Assembly: GCA_964016885.1 (NCBI GenBank)
Contig: OZ024757.1
Span: forward strand, 37,448,001 to 37,512,000
Direction: 5' to 3'
From: Eledone cirrhosa
Lineage: Eukaryota
Length of the DNA stretch: 64,000 nt
Part shown: piece after piece, positions 43,329 to 58,510 of the stretch
Position numbering within the stretch: the first letter of the stretch is position 1
Layout: each line of letters starts with the position of its first letter
Made by a program: the position numbers and the translations under genes
The notes under the pieces: model-generated
What the model was told of the DNA's origin: nothing
The model's database searches: none
The model's input: only the letters and a program-made list of their open reading frames with translations

Positions 43329-43559
43329 ATGTAATCAATGGTCAAGCTCCAGTTGGTTCTACATCATCGCGGTCAAACAGCCCCGTGAAACCACTACAGC
43401 ACGGCAACTCCATGTCAGATATGGCCTCTCATGCACCACAACCATCACAACCACCACCACAACAACAACAACCGCCACAACCAACTAATGTGGAACAGAT
43501 GTTCTCATATCCAGTTGCAGCCCCAGATAACACATCTTTTGACAATATGAATATAAACA
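43329..43559 (+). CDS. MAP3K7: TAK1-like linker exon (DVINGQAPVGSTSSRSNSPVKP...FDNMNIN)
   Basis: Strong pyrimidine tract with ttttag acceptor, donor gtgagt; 231 nt, phase 1-1; S/P/Q-rich. Confidence 0.82.
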
Positions 43560-43734
43560 GTGAGTATAAAAGCAACAAATACTTTCCTTTTACAGAAGAA
43601 AATATTGTTTTATTTGTTAGAGGCTTACGGCAAAGCAGTTAGGACATTAACCCTTTAGTATTTAAACTGTTTGTTTGTTGAGTAAGTCTAGTAAAGAAGT
43701 CACACAAAATACAAGGAAAGATATGTAAAAAAAA

Positions 43735-44235
43735 ACGTTGACACTAAGTTTGATCTGGTGAGGTGTGATTAAATATGAGTGATTGGCAACTGGTGCCCAG
43801 ACAATGACCTTAACTGTCTACAAAGATATTTACAGAGAGAAGAGATCAGATCTCCTAGCTGCAACATGGTAGATGGATCTGCTGGAAATAGAGGAGATTA
43901 GATCTCATAGCTCTCAAAATGGTAGCCTAAACCTGTTGGAAACAGTAGAGATCAGATCTCATAATCTCAGAGCTTCAACATGGAAGCTGGACCTGCTGGA
44001 AATAGAAGACAAATCTCCCTTAACCCTTTAGCATTTAAACCAGCCATATCCGGCCAGAATTCTCTCACCTCTTTCTGTACAAACTGGCTCTAACTGGCCA
44101 CTCATACTGATGTTAAGGTATTGTTCTCAAAATAAATAATATCAAAATCTCATAGATTCGATATTATGTGAGATAAAGTGTTTACCATGAAAATACAATA
44201 GTAGATATAGAGTAATGTAAATGGTAATAGGTTAA
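43735..44235 (-). mobile_element. Inverted copy of the 26523-27160 block (MITE at 44020-44235)
   Basis: gattggcaactggtgcccagacaatgaccttaactgtctacaaagatattt is the reverse complement of about 27061-27111. Confidence 0.8.
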
Positions 44236-44471
44236 ATGTTAAAAAATAGCCATAACAAAGTTTACAGAGCTGTTTAATTAGCCCTTAATATTTCTGGGTA
44301 AATATCCCTTCATCAAAAGAAGAATTGGGGAAATCAAGGCTTGATAGGAATACTGGCAATCTGATAATAGATTCTTTGATTATTGAACCAATAATGAAAC
44401 AATATCGAAACCGTGACAATGACGATGTGATTTAATTTCCTTTCATACTTCTCTTTATTCTATTTTTCTAG

Positions 44472-44518
44472 CTAAGCCATACATAATGCAGCTTGATAGA
44501 CTGGAACAACAACATCAG
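44472..44518 (+). CDS. MAP3K7: TAK1-like exon (TKPYIMQLDRLEQQHQ)
   Basis: tttttctag acceptor, gtaaga donor; aligns to human AYLTLDHQLQ and ends at the equivalent phase-0 junction. Confidence 0.85.
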
Positions 44519-45476
44519 GTAAGACTAAAGAGGGATTTATTTTATTGCTGTTTTGTTGTTTTATTGTTTTGGGGGGTTTTATTTTTATTATTTTTTTTTG
44601 TTTTAGTTTATTATTATTATTATTATTATTATTTTTTTTTTTTACTGGTTTCAGTTATTAGGCTTTTCCCATTGTTGATAATAATATGCTGGTGCCTCAA
44701 TACTATACACTCAGTACACTCTGTAAAGTGGTAGTGCTGGTGTCATGATAGAATACACCCAGTACACTCTGTAAAGTGGTAGTGCTTTTGCCACGATGAT
44801 ATACACCCAGTACACTCTGTAAAGTGGTAGTGCTTTTGCCACGATGATATACACCCAGTACACTCTGTAAAGTGGTGGTGCTGGTGCCACGATAAAATGC
44901 ACCCAGTACACTCTGTAAACTGGTTAACATTAGGAAAGGCACCCAGATGTAGAAACCATGCTAAAATCTGGAAGATATGAAGAAAACATAGCTATCTGAC
45001 CAGGGCTTGTCTTGGACAGAGAGGATCTCTTCAACCCATGCCAAAATGGAGAGCAGATATAAAATGGTGATGATGATGAGGTTGATGATGATGATCGTAA
45101 TGATGATGATGACCAGGATGTTGTTGATGATGATGATGATGAAGACAATGGCAATACTGATGATGATGATGATGACGATGTAACAAGATTGTGAAGTGGG
45201 AATATTTCTTCTGGGCAAAGAAACTAGAAAATGAAAGACAAGAGAGGCGAGCTACAAAGTGATCTTCACTCTTTTAGGAAACTGTTACTAACAATACTTG
45301 AAGTACTTCACAAGAACTATTGGAGAAATTGGGCATATTTCTTGTTTTGTTTTGTTGATTCTTCTTCACCAACCTTTATCTCCCACCACCACCACTTCCT
45401 TCTTTCACCACCATCATCATCACAGTCATCACCACCACCACCACCACAACCATTATCATCACCATCTCTCTCTCTC

Positions 45477-45617
<141 letters not shown>

Positions 45618-45681
45618 GGAAAGAGAGACACATAGTATAAATATATATCTATATTATATATTACATATATATAATATCTAT

Positions 45682-45724
<43 letters not shown>

Positions 45725-45892
45725 TTACATATATATATATATATATACACACACATATATATATTACATTATATATATATGTGTATATATATATATATTT
45801 ATTTATATATATATATATAATATATATACACATATATATATATATATATGTGTATATATGTATATATATATAATATATATTACATGTATATA

Positions 45893-45926
<34 letters not shown>

Positions 45927-45930
45927 TTAC

Positions 45931-45988
<58 letters not shown>

Positions 45989-46112
45989 ATATACATATAT
46001 ACAAAGAGAGAGAGAGAGCAAGTAGTCTTGAAAATTTATTGCCACTAGTCATGTTCTTGAAAAAATGTGTCTTTTCAAATTTTTCACAAATTGAAATATT
46101 TGTTCTGGTTTA

Positions 46113-46365
46113 ATGTTGTTGTTGTTGGTGTTGCTGCTGTTGCTGTTGTTACTGCTGCTGTTGTTGTTGTTACTGCTGCTGTTGCTGTTGTTGTTGGTGT
46201 TGCTACTGTTGTTAGTACTGCTGCTGTTGTTGTTGTTACTGTTGCTGTTGTTGTTGTTGGTGTTGCTGCTGTTGTTGTTGTTGCTGGTGTTGTTGTTGCT
46301 GTTGGTGTTGCTGCTGTTGTTGCTGTTGTTGTTGTTGTTGGTGTTGCTGCTGTTGTTGTTGCTGT

Positions 46366-46400
<35 letters not shown>

Positions 46401-46452
46401 TTACTGCTGCTGTTGTTGCTGTTGTTGTTGCTGCTGGTGTTGTTGTTGTTGT
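46113..46452. repeat. (GTT/GCT)n trinucleotide repeat
   Basis: Visible. Confidence 0.9.
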
Positions 46453-46861
46453 TAGATATAATGCAACAAGAAGAAAATGGCAAAATTGATGAAAAGAAAA
46501 TTGAAAAATGTGAAACAGGAAACTAAATAATTACTACCACTACTACTACTACCACCACTACCACCACCACCACTACCACCACCACCACCACCACCACTAC
46601 TACTACCACTACTACTACTACTACTACTACTATAATATCATTAAGGATAATAAAAGAAATGGTAATAGTGAGGAGAAAATAAAATAGAAAATTCATAAAA
46701 GCAAAATTAACGTTGTTGCTGTTGTTGTTGCTGTTGTTGCTGCTGCTGCTGCTGATATAGGCACAAGGCCAGCAATTTTGGGGGAGGAGAAAGTCGATTA
46801 ATCCTTTAGTATTTAAACTGGCCAGAATTCTCTCACCTCTTTCTGTAAAGACTGTTTAATT

Positions 46862-47047
46862 AATTGTTTCTACTTTAGGCACAAGGCCAGCAATTACCCA
46901 GTACATTACTGGTACTTTATTTTATCGACCCCGTAAGGATGAAAGGCAAAGTCAACCTCGGCGGGATTTGAACTCAAATCGTAAAGGGACGTAACTATGC
47001 TGGAAAGCATGGCGTCCGACCCTCTACCGATACTGTCAATCCACCGC
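46862..47047 (-). mobile_element. tRNA-SINE (Meta-like core)
   Basis: Full copy ending about 50 nt before the 47099 exon. Confidence 0.85.
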
Positions 47048-47098
47048 TGTTTAATCCAAAGACTGTTTAATTAATGTTATTGTTTTTGTTGTTTTCAG

Positions 47099-47158
47099 CC
47101 TCTAACACCCTACCCTACCTGTAAGGACTCCATGGATATATATAAGGAGCATATATTG
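47099..47158 (+). CDS. MAP3K7: TAK1-like exon (PLTPYPTCKDSMDIYKEHIL)
   Basis: gttttcag acceptor, gtgaga donor; aligns to human [20 protein letters not shown]. Confidence 0.9.
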
Positions 47159-47170
47159 GTGAGATACTCA

Positions 47171-47602
47171 TTCTTCTTCTTCTTCTTCTTCTTCTTCGCC
47201 TTCTTCTTCTTCTTCGCCTTCTTCATCTTCTTCTTCTTCTTCTTCTTCGCCTTCTTCTTCTTCTTCGCCTTCTTCTTCGCCTTCTTCTTCTTCTTCTTCT
47301 TCGCCTTCTTCTTCTTCTTCTTCTTCTTTGCCTTCTTCTTCTTCTTTGCCTTCTTCTTCTTCTTCTTTGCCTTCTTCTTCGCCTTCTTCTTCTTCTTCTT
47401 CTTCTTCTTCTTCTTCTTCTTCTTCTTCGTCTTCTTCTTCGCCTTCTTCTTTGCCTTCTTCTTTGCCTTCTTCTTTGCCTTCTTCTTCTTCTTCTTCTTC
47501 TTCTTCTTTGCCTTCTTCTTCTTCTTTGCCTTCTTCTTCTTCTTTGCCTTCTTCTTCTTCTTTGCCTTCTTCTTCTTCTTTGCCTTCTTCTTCTTCTTCT
47601 TC
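47171..47602. repeat. (TTC)n with GCC interruptions
   Basis: Visible; the poly-Lys ORF is an artefact. Confidence 0.95.
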
Positions 47603-47991
47603 ATGTGTGTCTATATATGTATATGTCTATATATGTGAATCTCTATATATGTGAATCTCAATATATGTGTGTGTGTGTCTATATATATATATATGTATAT
47701 ATATTGATATTTATATGTCTGAGAAGATATGTTAGTCTTAATAAGATTACAAGTCTTTAGATTATTAACCTCCTCTCCAAAAACTTTCAAGATGAAAGTT
47801 TCATCTTTTCATCTTTTTAGCATTTTATCTATCTATTTTTTATTTATTTATTATTTCCAATATTTTCATCTCCACATCTTTTTCCATTCGTTTGAGCTGT
47901 GATTATTGTCATCAGATGTCTTAAATCTTTCGATAGACACAGATATACTTATATATATATATACATACACTCACATATATATATATATAGC

Positions 47992-48034
<43 letters not shown>

Positions 48035-48134
48035 ACACTCACATATATATATGTATATATATATATGGATGTGTATGTATGTATATTTATATACCTATAT
48101 ATATACACACATATATATATAGCCACACACACAC

Positions 48135-48175
<41 letters not shown>

Positions 48176-48240
48176 CATACAAAATAGCAGACTAGATTCA
48201 AATCAGAGAAGAGACTAGAAGTAAAATCTTTATTTCTAAA

Positions 48241-48272
<32 letters not shown>

Positions 48273-48440
48273 CATAGAGAAAGAGAGAGATAGAGATTGA
48301 GATATATGTGTATATATATATACAGAGAGAGAGAGAGATAGGGGAATATATACATATATAAAGAGAGAGAGAGAGGGGGTAGAGATAGAGAGAGGGTGAT
48401 AGGCATATATATATATATACAGAGAGAGAGATAGGGGAAA

Positions 48441-48477
<37 letters not shown>

Positions 48478-50555
48478 TAGGGGAATATATGCATATATAA
48501 AGAGAGAGAGAGAGAGGGGGGTAGAGATAGAGAGAGGGTGATAGGCATATATATATATATATATATATACAGAGAGAGAGAGAGATAGAGGGAGTTAATA
48601 AGATTGTTAACCACTTTCTTCACTGAGGCATGTCTAATTACTGCCACAGACTAATAGAGATGGTAATAACAGAAATATCTTTTATATAGTTCTCTTGTAT
48701 ATATATGTTGTTGTTGTTGTGTGTGTGTTGTGGCTGTGTGGGTATGTCTGTGTCTATATGTGTCTATATGTGTGTGTATATATGTCTGTTGTTGTGGCTG
48801 TGTGGATATGTCTGTGTCTATATGTGTGTGCGGCTGTTGTTTTGGCTGTGTTAATGTCTGTCTGTGTGTGTGTGGCTGTGGCTGTTTCTGTGTTTATATG
48901 TGTGTGTGTGTGAGTGATTGTGTGTATATGAGTGTGTGTGTGTGAGTGAGTGTGTGTATATGTGTGTGCGTGTGAGTGAGTGTGTGTATATGTGTGTGCG
49001 TGTGAGTGATTGTGGGTATATGTGTGTGTGTGTGAGTGATTGTGTGTATATGTGTGTGAGTGATTGTGTGTATATATGTGTGCGTGTGAGTGATTGTGTG
49101 TATATGTGTGTGTGTGAGTGATTGTGTGTATATGTGTGTGCGTGTGAGTGATTGTGTGTATATGTGTGTGTGTGAGTGATTGTGTGTATATGTGTGTGTG
49201 ATTCCTTCCTAACACCAACCACTATATTTATACATATATGAAATGGTTAGGTCAGACTCCTAAATAATACTTAGCTCTTAACAAACTATACTTATACATA
49301 TATGAAAGGGTTAGGTCATACCCCTAAAGAACACTTGGCTCTAACAAGCTATATTTATACATATATGAAAGGGTTAGGTCAGACCCCCAAAGAACACAAG
49401 CTATGCTTATACATATATAGAAAGGGGGTCATGCTAGATCTTGAAAAGGACATCTGGCTTGGTTAAACAAAGCAGATGTTCAATGCCAAGAACATCACCT
49501 GGAGCTAAATTGCGATATAATAAATAATGACAAGGTAAACACAAGTTGAGTGAAACTTGTAATACTTAGAGTTGCATAATTCAACCGACTTAAAGATCGT
49601 TAAGATGAGTTAATTAAAAGACATTACAGTAAAGTTATAAAACAGTAACTTTTCTGGCATAGAGTATATAGTAAGTGGAATCAGTTAACAGTTTAGCAGA
49701 GTGTGTTTGGCAGCTGAAAGACAGACAAACAACCAAATAATAGTTTCTGATTTAGGCACAAGGCCATCAATTTTCGAGGAGGGGTAAGTCAAATAAATTG
49801 ACCCCATTGCATTACTAGTACTATATTTTTTTACCAACCCTGTAAAGATGAAAGGCAAAGCAATATGTATATATATATGTATATATACATATATGTATAT
49901 ATACATATATGTATATATATACATGTATATACATATATATATATATACATACATATGTATTTATTTATATATATATATACATGTATGTATATATACATAT
50001 ATGTATATATACATGTATATATATATATATATATATAATTATAAATTCAGTGAGAATCGTATATTGGCTGGTAGAAAAAGCGAAATGAAACGCAAAATTG
50101 TCGAAATGGTGGCAAGCGCTCCAATAGTTAAGAAAACCAGAGCTAAACAATGTTAAAACGCCATACAAACTGAAAAGTGGTCAAGAAGGCATTAACCACC
50201 TAAGCCAAAGAACAAATCAAGCTAAACAGGTCAAACAAAATAAATGATAAAAACAATAGAAATATATATATATATATATATATTAATTCAAAATAATAAC
50301 AAATAGATATTCTTGTGATCAAATATATTTTATTATACATATTTCAGAGGTACTGAGTTAAGTTCAACAGTACGTCCTCATCAGATAAAATAAGATGATG
50401 CATGACATACCCTGACATAGTAGATGGTTAAGATTCTATTTTGTTAATATTTTGAATTAATATTAATAACCCTGGAAAACCTTTTTTCTGTTGAGTGCTT
50501 CCAATCTATTGTAAAACTCATTCTTTGATGTATTCATTGAACCTTGTTTAACTTT

Positions 50556-50595
<40 letters not shown>

Positions 50596-50804
50596 ATAGT
50601 TAAAACAGAAAACAAAAACAAAGTGAAGAGTGCAGTACAAAGTGTTAGTATTAGGTTTACGCTTGTGTGTGTATATATATATATGTGTGTGTGTGTATGT
50701 ATGTAATGTGTGTGTATATATATATATGCATGTGTATATATATATATGTGTGTATATATATATATATACATAGATACACATATATATATATGTATGTATA
50801 TGTG

Positions 50805-51417
50805 TATATGGTGGCTGCCAACTCGTTTTCGAGTACGGCCACTACTTTATATCCATGTAGGAGAACCCCTACCGATGCGCTGAACGAGTGTGACTTTTTA
50901 GTCCAGCCAGCGACTTGAAAACTCTGGTACAAACACTACACTTGTGACAATTATTGACACATAGTGCTGGGCCCATGGTACCATGTGACGACAAGTGCAG
51001 AGAGATCTCCAGATATAACGCAATGCCTGTGCCGTGAAGCTTTTATAGTGAGCAAAGGCACTGCACAAAGCCAGTCCCACTCTCTTAACCAAGATGATAT
51101 TTACCAAAAAGAAGAACAAGTCAACATCATTGGATACCATCAGGGTTGCAGGTGTTATATCAGAGTTTTCCTTCTCCTAGAATTGTGCCTTGACAAAGGC
51201 TAAGGGGTCATCTCTCCCGGTGATTTTGGATGGTCATTGACTCTTACGAGCTCCTTTGCCCTTTGACAGGTTTTGTTTTTAGTCCTGCAGGATGTCCAAA
51301 GTCACCCTCCTCACCAAGAAACCTTGGTGGGGTTGCCAGTTTAGTCGCCAACGACCCGACCATGAGACAGGTTGTACTGGGATACATGTTACCAGTAGCA
51401 CCAACTGGTGACCTGAC
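50805..51417. mobile_element. Probable interspersed-repeat fragment (possibly a LINE 5' UTR)
   Basis: GC-richer block inserted in (AT)n runs with no credible ORF; family assignment is from recollection only. Confidence 0.4.
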
Positions 51418-51441
51418 ATATGTGTATATACATATATACAT

Positions 51442-51502
<61 letters not shown>

Positions 51503-51670
51503 CAATATACAATTTGTTGTTATTACATTAGTTCAATAACAATAGTAACAACAAGAAACATTGCTAACAACAACAACAATATAAAACTGTATAAAAAATA
51601 TATAAAACCTAAAGTGGATATTTTTGGTGTTATTTTTATTATTATTATGTTTAAAGATTTTAGTATGATT

Positions 51671-51726
<56 letters not shown>

Positions 51727-51824
51727 ATCTCTCTCTCGCTATATATATATATGTGTATGTGTGTGTGTATATATACATATGTGTGTGTGTGTGTATATAT
51801 ATTGTGTGTGTGTACACATGTATT

Positions 51825-51909
<85 letters not shown>

Positions 51910-51968
51910 CTGTATGCATGTATATATATATATATACATATTAATATATACATTCTTATCTATTCTAG

Positions 51969-52024
51969 TTGGCCCAGGAATACAGTAAAGCAAAGATACA
52001 TTACCAATATTTAATGAAAAAAAA
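51969..52024 (+). CDS. MAP3K7: TAK1-like exon ([18 protein letters not shown])
   Basis: tattctag acceptor, gtaagt donor; aligns to human MAQEYMKVQTEIALLLQRK; ends phase 2. Confidence 0.88.
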
Positions 52025-52270
52025 GTAAGTTTCTTTCTTTCTTTCTTTCTTTTCTTTCTTTCCCTAGTTTTTTTTCTCTTTTTATTTTCAGATATTATTA
52101 GGTTTTCTGTTTATGCATGTGTATATATATATATATATATGTGTATGTATATATGTGTATATATATATGTGTATATATATATGTATATATGTGTATATAT
52201 ATGTGTATATATATATATATGTATATATGTGTGTGTGTATTTGTTTATATGTGTATATATATATATATGC

Positions 52271-52308
<38 letters not shown>

Positions 52309-52989
52309 CATACATATATATGCACACACATATATATACACACACACACATATATATATATATATACATATATACACATATATATATAATACATTATAAA
52401 GAAAGAAGAAACATTAGATATAAATAAAAAGATATAATATACCTAAATTCCTTCATTATCCTCGACTACAAAGTTTTGTGGCTATTATGCAACGGTTAAG
52501 GTTGGCACCACACAAATTCAGGGATATATGTGGGTATATGCATGTCTTCGCATGTGTCTGTGTATTTCTTTCTATTGTATATATATATATATATATATAC
52601 AATACAAAGAAATACACATATTGTATATATATATATATATATACAATACAAAGAAATACATAGACACATGTGAAACGGTGATGATGATGATGATATATAT
52701 ATATATATATATAAATACACACACACTACATACAGCAACTTACATACTAAATATTGTCTACATCATCATATTTATATTTGCAAATTTTCCTTTTTTGTAT
52801 AAAAACAATCTTTCCTTTGTTTCAATCACAATATTTTGCTAGCGAGTACATTGAAAACTGTAACAATTTAAACTGTGTAAGATGCAGGCCAAGTGTAAAG
52901 TTCACAACTGAAACTGTTACATTGGTGAAATTTGTACAACATTTTCTAATCAGAGGACTATGTACTTACAACAAGGAGTCACTACAGCA

Positions 52990-53305
52990 ACGGTGGATTG
53001 GCAGTATTGGTAGAGAGTTGGACGCCATGCTGTCCAGCATAGTTACGTCCCTCTACAGACTGAGTTCAAATCCCACTGAGGTTAACTTTGCCTTTCATCC
53101 TTACAGGGTCGATAAAATAAAGTACCAGTAATGTACTGAGTAATTGGTGGCCTTGTGCCAAATGTAGACACAATTATATTGTTACAGTATAGGTAGGGCG
53201 GTGGATTGGCCATATCGGTAGAGCGTTGAACAATATACTTTGTGGCATATAGATATGGTCCTTTACATTGTGAGTTCAAATCCCAGTGAGGTTAGCTTTG
53301 CCAAT
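52990..53305 (+). mobile_element. tRNA-SINE plus a truncated second copy
   Basis: Head, B box and core. Confidence 0.8.
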
Positions 53306-53824
53306 TATAACTGGATATGAGCTTTTTGTGAGCAATGTTAGACACTTGATAAAAAGCACCCAGTACACTCTTTAATAGGGCTGGTGGTGAGGATGTTAGT
53401 GGTGGTGGTGGTAGTGATGATGGTGATGATAGTGATGGTGGTGGTGGTGCTGGGGATGGTGGTGGTGGTGGTGGTTTTGGTGTTGATGATGGTGACGGTG
53501 ATAATGGTGGTGGTGGTGGTATATCTGCTGTTACTTTACAATGTGATGATGATGATGGTGAGGTTGGATGTTGGGTGCAAAGACTGGTCTGGTGGTGTTG
53601 GTGTTGGTGGTGCCAACCAAGGAGTGAGGGTGGGGCCAGGGCAGGGTGCCACAGGAGGAGTGGTGTTGCCTGTTTTGACGGGTTTCAAGAACAAAAACTA
53701 CACTTGTTTGTTTACCAAAATGGAGAACCTGAAGAAACCTGAGTAGCAACACCAATATATATTTATATACATACATATATATGTATGTATATATATGTAT
53801 ATATATATATACATATATATGTAT

Positions 53825-53879
<55 letters not shown>

Positions 53880-53917
53880 GATAGATAGATGTAGATATGT
53901 ACAGATTTGTATATGTA

Positions 53918-53997
<80 letters not shown>

Positions 53998-54241
53998 GTA
54001 CACAGTCACATTTGTAGTTTACATAAACATACATACACGAAAGCTAGACTCATAAATGGTGAAAATACATGTGTATATATGAGTGTATAATAGATGTTTT
54101 TATACACAATTTCACCCTCAGTATGTAGTACCAAGCACTTTAGATACTTTGGTATTAATAACATGTGCATTATATATGACTCTGTTTGTGTTTTATGTTG
54201 GTGTAGGGGCATACATATATATATATAAATATATGTATATA

Positions 54242-54295
<54 letters not shown>

Positions 54296-54311
54296 TATAT
54301 ATATATATAAA

Positions 54312-54409
<98 letters not shown>

Positions 54410-54469
54410 TATATATACGTATGTATATCCCCTTCAATAAAAACAATTGTGTGCATGTGCATATATATA

Positions 54470-54509
<40 letters not shown>

Positions 54510-54544
54510 CCTTCACTAAAAGCACTTGTGTGCATGTGTATGTG

Positions 54545-54581
<37 letters not shown>

Positions 54582-54761
54582 TTCAATAGTAAACACTTCT
54601 GTATGTTTATATATATTTATATATATGTATATACACACACACACATACACACACACATATATATATATATACACACACATACATATGGTGTATTCAATAG
54701 AAACATTTATATATATATATATATATATCTGTATGTGTGTGTGTACATATATGCGTATGTT

Positions 54762-54811
<50 letters not shown>

Positions 54812-55133
54812 GATGGTGATTGGTGGTGGTGTGTGTGGTTTTTCGATGGTATTAAATTCTTATGTAATGGAAGAAGATGTCAGATAGAAGTCTCTGGAAA
54901 AATAACCTCTCTTGATATCAAACTGTAATAATAGAATCCCTCCTGTGTTTTTTCTTTCCTCCATCTTGTAGTAACCGTTGTTTCTGTTGTTGTAGTACTT
55001 GTTGTAATAGTAGTTGTTGTTTTTGTTGTAGTAGTAGCTGCAGCAGTTGTTGTTGTAGGAGCAGTAGTTGTTGTTTCTGTTGTTGTAGCTGTTGTACATT
55101 TGAAACTGTATTGTTACTGATGATGATGATTAT

Positions 55134-55192
<59 letters not shown>

Positions 55193-55284
55193 ATATATAT
55201 ATGTGTGTATGTATATATATCTACACATACACATATATATATGTGTATATATATATATATATGTGTGTACATATATATACACAT

Positions 55285-55364
<80 letters not shown>

Positions 55365-55981
55365 ATATATATATATATACGTTTGTGTGTATATATATAT
55401 ATATGTGTGTGAATATATATATATGTGTATATATAGATATATAGATATATATGTATATATGTATAGATACATGTGTATATATATATATATGTGTGTATAT
55501 ATACCTAAAGTTTGCATATATACATATATATACATACATATATATATGTACACATATATATATATATACATACATATAATACCCTTGTAAATGGTGTTAT
55601 TTCCCCCTCTACCGCACCCCTCAGCTCTCATCTATATTTACTTTAAGTGGGGGTCTTAAAAATACTTTTTCTTTTGTTCTGTATATTTTTTGTGGGCAAG
55701 CCTTTGCAGATTGCAACTTAATATCAATGTTGGCTAGGAATTGAGTTTCATTCTAGTATCTACGTATGTATGTGGGGGTATGTGTGTGGGTGTGTGTGTG
55801 TGTGTGTGTGGGGGGGGGGGGGGCTATGTGTGTGTATATATGAGTGTGGGTGTATGTGTATGCATTTGCATATAGTGCACTTGCAATTGTTGTCAAAACA
55901 TAACATACCAGCACAAATGCACCTACTACTTCATGTTGTTTACACTGCTGTAACCTTTCACACATGATTTTTGGTGCATCT

Positions 55982-56027
<46 letters not shown>

Positions 56028-56125
56028 GCAAACTTTAGGTATACACTCTTACACACACACAAACACACACACACATATATATATATACACATACACACAC
56101 ACACATATCCATACACACACACACG

Positions 56126-56171
<46 letters not shown>

Positions 56172-56178
56172 TATCCAT

Positions 56179-56221
<43 letters not shown>

Positions 56222-56371
56222 TATCCATACACACACAGATATATAGATATATATAGATATAGATAGAGAGAGAGAGAGAAAGGCTTCTACAGGACTGTTT
56301 CATTTGGGAGAAATCATGGCTTCCTGATGTTTTCTCCCAAATTGAACTCGAGATAAACTTACATATATATC

Positions 56372-56670
56372 ATCATCATCATCATCATCATTTTTACGTC
56401 CGCTTTTCCCTGCTTGCAAGGGTGGGACGGGAACTGATTCTACAGCTGGATGCCCTTCCTAACACCAACCTCATTTACAGTGAGTGCTGGGTGCTTTTTT
56501 GCCGTGGCACCTCCACGAACACTTTGCAGTGGAATGATATGGACCCCAGTCCCTATCATCTCATTTCTACAGTGACTTGCTCAAGGAAAAAACACATCAC
56601 CCGGTCTGAGAATTGAACTCAAATCTTTCGATTTCAAGGCCAATGCTCTAACTACTAAGCCATGTGCCCC
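56372..56670 (-). mobile_element. Composite tRNA-SINE (inverted relative to 11903-12240)
   Basis: Reverse-complement match including ccccagtccctatcatctcatttctaca. Confidence 0.8.
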
Positions 56671-56939
56671 TATAGTATATATATATGTACACACACACAC
56701 ACCATACATTTATACATTTATATATGCACACACAAACCATTAGACACACACACATGCCCCATGTACACACACTCACACACACATTTAATATATCTAGGTG
56801 GGGGTAGAGAGGGGTAGATAATGTATCAGTTAAGTTGTAGTAGATTGGTAGAATTATAAAGGCAGTAGTTTAAGTATCTGTTATGACTCAGTGATTCCTG
56901 AGTTCAAATCCATTCCACTCTTAGCAGAAAAGCTGTGAT

Positions 56940-57550
56940 ACTTCTGCCAGGTGTTGTGACTGACAGATACTATCAGCAATGGAAAGACCAATAGAAACAT
57001 GGTTTCCTTGGTCTGATCTGACAATCAGCTATGGAAAGACCAATGGAGACAATGTTTCCTTGGTCTGATCTGACAATCAGCACCTTTCTTCTACCAGAAG
57101 TTGTGACTGACAGACAGTATCAGTAATAGAAAGACCAATGGAAACAATGTTTCTTTGGTCCTATCTGACAATCAGCACCTTTCTTCTACCAGAAGTTGTG
57201 ACTGACAGACAGTATCAATAATAGAAAGACCAATGGAAACAATGTTTCCTTGGTCTGATCTGACAATCAGCTCCTTTCTTCTACCAGAAGTTGTGACTGA
57301 CAGACAGTATCAGTAATAGAAAGACCAATGGAAACAATGTTTCTTTGGTCCTATCTGACAATCAGCACCTTTCTTCTACCAGAAGTTGTGACTGACAGAC
57401 AGTATCAGTAATAGAAAGACCAATGGAAACAATGTTTCCTTGGTCTGATCTGACAATCAGCTCTTCTCTTCTGCTATAAGTTGTGACCAGTTGTTAGTAT
57501 CAGCAATGCAAAGACCAATACATGACATAGTTTCTTTGGTCAGGTCTGTT
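56940..57550. repeat. SINE-derived 95-bp tandem repeat (about 5-6 copies)
   Basis: agaagttgtg at 57096, 57191, 57286 and 57381; unit resembles the SINE segment at 61773-61855. Confidence 0.85.
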
Positions 57551-57652
57551 GACCTGTTCCTTTCCTATCCTTGAAGTGAGGTAAAAATAAGAACATTTAT
57601 CTCTGGGTCTAGCTAAAGTATGTATATGCCACATATATATATAATTATAATA

Positions 57653-57697
<45 letters not shown>

Positions 57698-58110
57698 CAT
57701 ATATGTATGTATATATATGTATGTGTGTATATATATATATATAAATATGTTTGTGTGTGTGTGTATATATATATATGTGTGTGTATGGCATATATATATA
57801 TGTTTGTGTGTGTATGTTATGTTGATATTTGTGTTAGTGTTGTATATTATATTGATATACATATGTATGGGTGGGTGGTTTTGTATTTGGTTATATATAT
57901 ATATATATATGGAGGGTTGTATATGTGTATGTGTGTGTGTATATATCTATGTATGTGTGTGTGCGTTTCCTTTATCTCTTGTTAACAGTCTTCTGGTCCA
58001 ATGCCAACCAAGCTGGAAACTTGCCAAAATATATTGTGATCTCTTTCACTGGTTTCATACTATGCTTTCTGACATATACTTAAATTACATATATATATAT
58101 ATATATACAA

Positions 58111-58171
<61 letters not shown>

Positions 58172-58510
58172 TGTAGAAACAGTCACATACATGCATACAA
58201 TGCTGGTTTCACGATAAATCATTCCCAGTACATGCTGTAATGTGGTAATGAGGGTACCCAGCCCCTCTGTAAGGTGGTAGTGTGGGTACCCAGTCCACTC
58301 TGTAAGGTGGTAGTGCAAGTACTGGTGTGGATTCTTCCTCTATATCTCTTTTTTTCATTTCCTCTCTCTCACTTTCGATCTTTCTCTGGAGGAAATCTGC
58401 TGTACACAGGCCTGGAGATGGATGGACTCCACCAGGCTTAAACTTCTCAAGAAACACTGTATGTCAATAGGATGCTCCTATGATTCCTTCAGGAGTTATG
58501 AGACCATATA

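Noticed and set aside
47110-47604. Histone H1-like poly-Lys/Ala ORF
   Set aside because: Reverse strand of the (TTC)n microsatellite; no globular domain.
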